Part shown: piece after piece, positions 58,458 to 64,000 of the stretch
How positions within the stretch are numbered: the stretch's first letter is position 1
Layout: each line of letters starts with the position of its first letter
From: an uncultured virus (IMG/VR IMGVR_UViG_3300035181_001402)
Lineage: Duplodnaviria; Heunggongvirae; Uroviricota; Caudoviricetes
Strand: one strand, 5' to 3'
Length of the DNA stretch: 64,000 nucleotides
Virus record (IMG/VR): IMGVR_UViG_3300035181_001402
Coordinates: 1 to 64,000 of that record
Made by a program: the position numbers and the translations under genes
The notes under the pieces: model-generated
What the model was told of the DNA's origin: nothing
Databases searched by the model: none
What the model saw: the letters and a program-made list of their open reading frames with translations, nothing else

Positions 58458-58817
58458 TCAGGTCGGGGGGATGAATGCCCACTCGTCCACCGGCTCGCTC
58501 GGAGCCGCACAGGACTCGAAGCCGCGGGGATCCGGGGGCGTGGTGTTGGGGATCTTGGAGCGGGCCCTCTCCAGGGCGGAGTTCGCCTTCTCGATCGCCT
58601 CGGAACCTTCGGCGCAAACGCCGGGGATCTTGTTGATCTTGTCCGCGTTCGCCTTCAGGAACGCGATGCTCGAATCGAGGGCACCGACATCAGCGGAGGT
58701 CAGGAGCATGGTGAGCACTTTCGCGGCCCACTGGCCCGACTTGAGTGCTGTGCGGCTCTTGTCGAGGTCGCTCATGGCCTGGAACAGCGCGGTGTGGGTT
58801 GCATCGGGGATGAACAT
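58458..58817 (-). CDS. Hypothetical protein
   Basis: MFIPDATH.. preceded by a GAGGAG RBS. Confidence 0.55.
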   Translation of the reverse strand: MFIPDATHTALFQAMSDLDKSRTALKSGQWAAKVLTMLLTSADVGALDSSIAFLKANADKINKIPGVCAEGSEAIEKANSALERARSKIPNTTPPDPRGFESCAAPSEPVDEWAFIPPT

Positions 58818-58851
58818 TCGAAACTCCTCTGTGAGATGGGGCAAAGCCCGT

Positions 58852-59229
58852 TTACGAAGCCAGTACACGAACGGGGGCGAGACGATCAACCTCGGGAGGC
58901 AAAATCCTCCGGAGAACTCGTTCGAAGTCTTCCAAGGCGTCTTTGACGGGCACGTCGAAGTAGTTCTGGTTCCACTTCCCGGAGAATGGGTTGAGCCCAG
59001 ATGTCCCCACGACAGCCTTCGCCGCGTCAGGGTCGTTGAACTTGCAGGCGACCCAGTTACCGTAGGTGGCAATGCTGAGATACCCTGCTCGGGTCGTGAT
59101 CTCGTAGTAGTTGGGGAGCCATTCCTTGCCCTGAGAGACCCCACCCAGACGGGTACCGATCTCGACCACCCCGGCATTGAAGGCGACCTCTTGAGCCGCC
59201 TTTTGCTTCTTGGTCAACTTCTTGATCAC
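58852..59229 (-). CDS. Hypothetical protein, tandem paralogue 2
   Basis: AFNAG..RLGG..CKFNDP..SGKWN; GTG overlaps the upstream stop. Confidence 0.6.
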   Translation of the reverse strand: MIKKLTKKQKAAQEVAFNAGVVEIGTRLGGVSQGKEWLPNYYEITTRAGYLSIATYGNWVACKFNDPDAAKAVVGTSGLNPFSGKWNQNYFDVPVKDALEDFERVLRRILPPEVDRLAPVRVLAS

Positions 59230-59519
59230 GGCAGCACCTTTCGGAGAGTCTCCTCGAATTCCTTCAGCGCTGTGCGGATGGACTTTCCGAGGTATTCGTG
59301 GTTCCACTTGCCCGTCTGAGGGTCGATGGGGTCGCCCGTGAGCTGGCTGGCCGCTTTGGGGTCGTCGAACCGACAGTCGACATAGTCCCACTGCGGAAGA
59401 ACGCGAAGAGGGCCCGCCAGGGTTTTGATGTAGAGGGCCTCGCGGACACCTTGCCAGCCTCCGAGACGTAGAACGATCTCGATGATGCCCGCGTCGAATG
59501 CGTTTTGTTGGGTGCTCAT
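59226..59519 (-). CDS. Hypothetical protein, tandem paralogue 1 (class-1 promoter)
   Basis: AFDAG..RLGG..CRFDDP..TGKWN. Confidence 0.6.
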   Translation of the reverse strand: MSTQQNAFDAGIIEIVLRLGGWQGVREALYIKTLAGPLRVLPQWDYVDCRFDDPKAASQLTGDPIDPQTGKWNHEYLGKSIRTALKEFEETLRKVLP

Positions 59520-59555
59520 GGGAGTCCTACAGGAGGAAGGGATCCGGGATCAACC
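59520..59555 (-). promoter_or_regulatory. Class-1 promoter TTGATC-N16-TGTAG, leaderless
   Basis: TTGATC 59553-59548, TGTA 59531-59528, 8 nt to ATG. Confidence 0.75.
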
Positions 59556-59899
59556 CTTCGGCTTCTTCGTCATGATCATGGCGAGCTGAGCCGCGAACGC
59601 GACATCGGCCATGGTCGGGCCGGGAAGACCTTTCGCGATCTTCTTCAGCTCCTTCTTGACAGCCGTGGCCGCTCGCTTGGCGGGGGCCACCTTCGCCCAG
59701 CCGACCAGAGGATCCCCACGGTCTGACCCGCGAAGTCCTTCGGGTTGGCCAGAAAACAGGCCCGGAAAAGCCGACCGTGAGTGTCGTTCTCCGTGTAGGA
59801 CGCCTTCAGGGGCTTGTTCTCGAACTCGTCGTATTCCTCAACGAGGTAGACACGGAAAGCGTGGGGGTCGTCCCATTCGGCATACGCGTCGATAATCAT
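59550..59899 (-). CDS. Hypothetical protein, apparent frameshift at ~59715
   Basis: MIIDAYAEW..QTVG joins DPLVGWAKVAPAK..KKPKG* if GGGG is read as GGGGG. Confidence 0.5.
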
Positions 59900-59935
59900 G
59901 TCCCTACTACACACCGAGAACCTTGGGGATCAACC
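59900..59935 (-). promoter_or_regulatory. Class-1 promoter TTGATC-N16-TGTAG, leaderless
   Basis: TTGATC 59933-59928, TGTA 59911-59908, 8 nt to ATG 59899. Confidence 0.75.
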
Positions 59936-59968
59936 GGAAAGTATTGATAGGGCCCTCTCCGTAGATAC

Positions 59969-60976
59969 ATGGCTCCGGCTTCCTCAAAAGTGGCGCAAAG
60001 ATACGCGGGGACTCTCGCTACGGACGGGGCTGTTCGAGAGGCCGCTCTTGCGGTGTTCGAGGCTCTTCCGAGCGACTTGAAGCACGGCGTGGAGACTTTC
60101 CTTCACGGGGTGTTCGGAGGCTCTGCGCCGGCCCTGGAAGCCCATGCTGACGAGCTGTACGACCTCTACACGCCAGTCCGCAACCTGGTCCACAGCAAGC
60201 ATGGGGCAGAGGTCACGCTCTACCGAGGGGAGCCCGTGGACAAGCCGGCGATCGTCCGGAAGTTCCTCTCCTGGACGCCGTCCTTCAAGATGGCAACACA
60301 CTTCGCCCAGATGCGAGGGTATGAGGTCGTGACGGCCAGCGTCCGGGTAGCTGACGTGGTCGCTGTCTTCGTTTCCCCCCACGACGCGAAGTACATCGAG
60401 TACCTGGTTCGCTTTCGAAAGAGCCACCACGAGAAGGGACAGCAACTCCCTCTCAAGGGCTACGTCGAGTTCGACATCCCTTTTGGCGGATGGTCTGTGG
60501 AACTCGCACAGACCATGGTCAAGAGGCTCGAACACGAGCTGGCGGCAATGGGTGGGTCCATCCTTCAGACGAACATCAGCGAAGAATACGAGATGGCAAC
60601 TGCTTACGTCTTGGTCCCAGCGAACGTGAAGATCGACGAGAACGATTCAACTCGGATTGGGGAGTTCGAGGCGCAGTTTCTCGAAGTCTACTCGCACCAC
60701 ATGACCGCCTCGAAAAGCGTGTCCGCTCGGGGATTCTTCGATGTGGGGGACCGGATTCTGTACGGCAAGTACAAGAACAAGAAGGGCAGGATCGTCTCCG
60801 TGGGGCTCGACGTCAAGGGGAACCCCATCATCGAGATTGAGCCCGTCCCCAAGGGCCGGAAGAAGAACCAAATCATCGGCCTCTACAAGATCTGGCACGA
60901 CCCTCCGCCGGCTCTTGCTCAGAAGGTGCTCGCTCGTTACACCCAGGCCGCCATGCTCGACGACGGGGAAGACTGA
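59969..60976 (+). CDS. Multi-domain protein with an ADP-ribosyltransferase-like (R-S-E) domain and a C-terminal KOW/SH3-like domain; tagged at both ends
   Basis: VTLYRG, FLSWT, IEYLV; KVAQRY at the N-terminus, KVLARY near the C-terminus. Confidence 0.55.
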   Translation: MAPASSKVAQRYAGTLATDGAVREAALAVFEALPSDLKHGVETFLHGVFGGSAPALEAHADELYDLYTPVRNLVHSKHGAEVTLYRGEPVDKPAIVRKFLSWTPSFKMATHFAQMRGYEVVTASVRVADVVAVFVSPHDAKYIEYLVRFRKSHHEKGQQLPLKGYVEFDIPFGGWSVELAQTMVKRLEHELAAMGGSILQTNISEEYEMATAYVLVPANVKIDENDSTRIGEFEAQFLEVYSHHMTASKSVSARGFFDVGDRILYGKYKNKKGRIVSVGLDVKGNPIIEIEPVPKGRKKNQIIGLYKIWHDPPPALAQKVLARYTQAAMLDDGED

Positions 60977-60979
60977 ACC

Positions 60980-62857
60980 ATGTCTCTATCCTCTCGTGTA
61001 GTTTCCCGATTCCTTGGGGCGAAGAAGGCTCCTGACCCGGAGTTCTTCCTTTCGAGCAAGTTCTTCAAAGAGAAGAAGGCCGAATTGCGGAAGCGCCTCA
61101 AGACTCCCCTGGGGAACTCGAATAGCCCCGAGGACGTGGCGTACAAGGTCATGACGGACTTGAAGACCTTCTTCCTGGAATTCCAGGAAGACTTCAACAG
61201 CATCATCACGTTCGCCCCGGCCCGGGAGTACATCAACACTCGGTACAAGATCATGGCCGAGAACCTCATGGTGGCTCAGAAGTCAGCGGAGATGTTGACA
61301 TCTGTCCCTACTCCGGCTCCGGGGGATATCGAGGGGTATCTCAAGTGGACGATACGTATTGACATCGAGTACGCCTTCAAAGACCAGGTCTCCACGCTGC
61401 TCGACTACATCAAGTACTACTGGAGGGTGGACCTACCGAAGCGGGACAGCCTTGTCCAGAAAGCCCTCAAGGGCATCACAACCCCCGAGCTGATCGCCGC
61501 CTTCAAGAACGGCATGGCCGAGTCTTTTGGAGACGACGCGGACAGCAAGCGGCGTTGGGAGTACCTGACTCAGTCGGGGTTCACCGCTGCCAGCAAGAAG
61601 CTTCTGCTCAAGTCTCCCTCTGGGTTCGGGGGATGGATCATGGATTGGGTGGACGTCGTTCAAAAGGACCTCATCGAGAAGTTCTCAGCACAAGCCCAAG
61701 AAGCGAACCCTACTCCGACAGTCACCGACTTTGACATGTACGGGATGCGGGTCATCATCGAGGACTCGAAGGTCACCCCTGACGACACCCGTCTCTACAT
61801 CAGATACCTCGACGAGACCTACAACCGCCTTCGAGCCAAGAAGCTTGAGTCTGCGTGGTATGGTGTCGTCTTCATTCAATGTGAGTCGTGCGGTGGGGTC
61901 AATCAAAATGGGGCGGACCTGGGAGTAGCCGGTAGATACAATATCGGCAAAGACGTCGTCATGATTTACGCCCGCCCTAGCGAACACATCGTGGGCTATA
62001 TGGCCCACGAGCTGGGCCATAGGTACTGGTTCCATCAGCTCTCCTCAAGACAGCGAGAGTTCTTTGAGAGCCTCGTCCGGGTGCATAAGAACAAGAAGCC
62101 CGAGAAGACGAGGGACCCCTACATCATCCCTCCCGAGAAGATCAAGAAGGGCAAAAACCAGATTCTCGATCTCCTCGGGGCGATTGCAGAGCCCTTGGGG
62201 AACATGACGGACTCCAAATTGGGGTATCAGGAGACTCTCGCCAAGTTCGGGCCCCCTCTGGAAGAGGCTGCGAAGAAGCATCGGGATGAACTTTCCAGTG
62301 TGTTCACGAACACCACCTGGAAGCGAGGGACCCCCGAGATCGAGAAGCTGTACTGGGATGCCTTCGCCAAGAGCAAGGCTCTTTACGTGTACTTCAAAGC
62401 GGCACCCAAGCTGGCCCTGAAGCTCACCAAGTACCCTGACGAGGAGGCAAAGAACACTGCGTTCAAGGCTATCTTGGCGGCTTGGGCCAAAAAGGGCATT
62501 GCTCTCATCGACGAATCGATGAAGACCTCCTTCGCATTCATCGACGAATCGATCAAGGACTCGAACGCGAAGGAGCTTCAAGAAACCAACATCGAGCTTC
62601 GCACCAAGGCCTGGGAAGACGAGTGGGATGCTGATCCTCGTGAGGTCCTCCCTGTCTCTGATTATGGCCGGAGCAACATTGGCGAAGCATGGGCCGAGGT
62701 GTTTCGGTCCTACGTCATGAACTGGGACATGTCTCGTGACCAGCTCGAAACCTTCAAGCTCATCCTGAAGCGATCCTCCCTCGTGACCGCTGAGCAAGTC
62801 CTCGCTCGGTTCCAGCTTCTTGGGGGAGATTTCTCTTGTACGTCGCCCCTGATGTAG
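60980..62857 (+). CDS. Large zincin metallopeptidase-domain protein, tagged at both ends
   Basis: AHELGH plus distal YGRSNIGEAWAE; RVVSRF at the N-terminus, QVLARF near the C-terminus. Confidence 0.7.
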   Translation: MSLSSRVVSRFLGAKKAPDPEFFLSSKFFKEKKAELRKRLKTPLGNSNSPEDVAYKVMTDLKTFFLEFQEDFNSIITFAPAREYINTRYKIMAENLMVAQKSAEMLTSVPTPAPGDIEGYLKWTIRIDIEYAFKDQVSTLLDYIKYYWRVDLPKRDSLVQKALKGITTPELIAAFKNGMAESFGDDADSKRRWEYLTQSGFTAASKKLLLKSPSGFGGWIMDWVDVVQKDLIEKFSAQAQEANPTPTVTDFDMYGMRVIIEDSKVTPDDTRLYIRYLDETYNRLRAKKLESAWYGVVFIQCESCGGVNQNGADLGVAGRYNIGKDVVMIYARPSEHIVGYMAHELGHRYWFHQLSSRQREFFESLVRVHKNKKPEKTRDPYIIPPEKIKKGKNQILDLLGAIAEPLGNMTDSKLGYQETLAKFGPPLEEAAKKHRDELSSVFTNTTWKRGTPEIEKLYWDAFAKSKALYVYFKAAPKLALKLTKYPDEEAKNTAFKAILAAWAKKGIALIDESMKTSFAFIDESIKDSNAKELQETNIELRTKAWEDEWDADPREVLPVSDYGRSNIGEAWAEVFRSYVMNWDMSRDQLETFKLILKRSSLVTAEQVLARFQLLGGDFSCTSPLM

Positions 62858-62862
62858 AACCC

Positions 62863-64000
62863 ATGCACAGCCGGTCCCTCCGAGTAGCTGCTCAACATGT
62901 CGTCTCCCGCCGGGAGGCCGCTCTACGATCCGTCGTGGCAAGGGGAAGCTCCGGGGGGATGCCTCTACCGCCGGAGATGGCGGACCACCCTGCTCTGACC
63001 GCGGGCCTGACGGAGATTTACTCCAACCCCAAAGAGGTTGGAGGCTACCTCGGGGTCATCGACGGAGGCTCTTGGATCGTCTTCGTGGGAGTGTATGGGA
63101 AGTCCGAGCTGTGGACATCCCGCGACCCCAAGGGAGGCACCATCGGGAATCCCTACGTGTTCCAGCGGGACGACATCTCTTCGGCGTCGACCGTGACCAT
63201 TCCCAACCCTGTGTTCCAGTTCTACTCCCCGATCGAACTCAAGATGATGGGTATCACCGAAAAAGTCGCGGCCCGCTACAAGAAGAAAAAGAAGGTCAAG
63301 ACTCAAGACGGCGAGGATATGACCGTCTACGAGTACTCCGACAAGCAGATCGCCAACCGGAACCGGGAGAAGGCGAAGCGAATCGAGAAGCTCCGGGGCA
63401 AGATCGACGACGTCCGCTCGAAGGCCAAGAAGGACCTGAAGTCGAGCGATCCCGAGAAGATGCTCACGGCCCTCGCCGTGATGCTGATGGATCACACGTT
63501 CGAGCGGGTCGGGAACGACGAGAGCGCGGACGACGGGCACTTCGGGGTCACGGGCTGGCAGAAGGACCACATCACCTTCAGCAAGGGCGGGGCGACCATC
63601 AAGTACGTCGGCAAGTCCGGCGTCAAGCACGTCAAGAAGGTGACCGACTCGACCATCACCAAGGCGCTCAAGGATGCCTGTGAGGCGGCCGAGAACGAGA
63701 CGTCCTGTATCTTCGAGTGGGACGGGGGCAAGGTCTCAGCCGAGAAGGTGAACGCCTACCTGAAGGAATTTGACATCTCGGCAAAGGACATCCGTGGGTT
63801 GCACGCGAACGTCGAGATGCAGGACCAGCTCAAGGCCTCCAGGAAGAAGGGCGGCAAGCTCCCCGAAGACCCCAAGAAGCGGGAGAAGCAGCTCAAGGAA
63901 GAGTTCAAGGAAGCCCTCGAAGTCACAGCGGAAGCCGTGGGCCACGAGCCTGCCACGCTGAAGAGCCAGTATCTCGTCCCCGGACTGGAGGACACATATC
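62863..64000 (+). CDS. DNA topoisomerase IB (3' truncated; not in ORF track) with tagged N-terminal extension
   Basis: Frame is open to the window end: ERVGN (R), YVGKSG (K), KDIRGLHAN (R), VGHEP (H), KSQYL (Y). Confidence 0.88.
   Translation, partial: MHSRSLRVAAQHVVSRREAALRSVVARGSSGGMPLPPEMADHPALTAGLTEIYSNPKEVGGYLGVIDGGSWIVFVGVYGKSELWTSRDPKGGTIGNPYVFQRDDISSASTVTIPNPVFQFYSPIELKMMGITEKVAARYKKKKKVKTQDGEDMTVYEYSDKQIANRNREKAKRIEKLRGKIDDVRSKAKKDLKSSDPEKMLTALAVMLMDHTFERVGNDESADDGHFGVTGWQKDHITFSKGGATIKYVGKSGVKHVKKVTDSTITKALKDACEAAENETSCIFEWDGGKVSAEKVNAYLKEFDISAKDIRGLHANVEMQDQLKASRKKGGKLPEDPKKREKQLKEEFKEALEVTAEAVGHEPATLKSQYLVPGLEDTY

Noticed and set aside
1..64000. Many long antisense or alternative-frame ORFs in the track (e.g. 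26538-27779, 29833-31506, 46491-47552)
   Set aside because: They shadow well-supported genes and are expected from high GC3 codon bias; no recognisable motifs.
1..64000. CRISPR array, tRNA or rRNA genes
   Set aside because: No regularly spaced direct repeats or cloverleaf-like sequences were seen, and intergenic space is minimal. Not checked with software.
1..64000. Stop-codon reassignment
   Set aside because: Long conserved genes are intact in the standard code, and TAG, TGA and TAA all end genes at expected positions. The broken genes are frameshifts, not in-frame stops.

Overview
This 64 kb, GC-rich window is almost certainly part of a large (jumbo-type) tailed bacteriophage genome. It is densely coding and mostly on the + strand. 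Layout: 1-15.4 kb tail/baseplate/fibre-like structural genes; a holin-like/lipoprotein cassette at 15.6-16.6 kb; a replication block at 19.4-28.5 kb (SNF2 helicase, probable helicase loader, DnaB, stand-alone primase Zn finger, family A DNA polymerase); a DUF2997/DUF1257/Ycf46-like AAA trio at 29.1-31.4 kb; then nucleotide-metabolism and accessory genes (ThyA flanked by HNH genes, CYTH, DHFR, RNA ligase, nitrilase, GIY-YIG, ClpX, metallophosphoesterase, DUF1848, SLOG, macrodomain, DHH), ending in a truncated topoisomerase IB. Hand reading shows four layers of hidden structure. (1) A short peptide tag, [R/K]-V-x-x-R-[F/Y], occurs about 12 times, mainly at termini or module junctions of otherwise unrelated effector-like proteins (two zincin metalloproteases, an ADP-ribosyltransferase-like protein, a DUF4258-like fusion, topoisomerase IB); it is a candidate capsid-loading/processing signal. 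(2) There are two strict classes of apparently leaderless promoter (TTGATC-N16-TGTA-N8..10-ATG, 7 copies; GGTGTA-N9..12-ATG, about 15 copies) and a weaker third motif before structural and tagged genes. (3) A shared C-terminal W-x-x-L-x-D/E-D/E tail ends five small proteins. (4) Six clear and one or two possible genes are broken by an apparent single-base loss in a short homopolymer, probably sequencing error. All family assignments come from motif recognition by eye; no database search was run.
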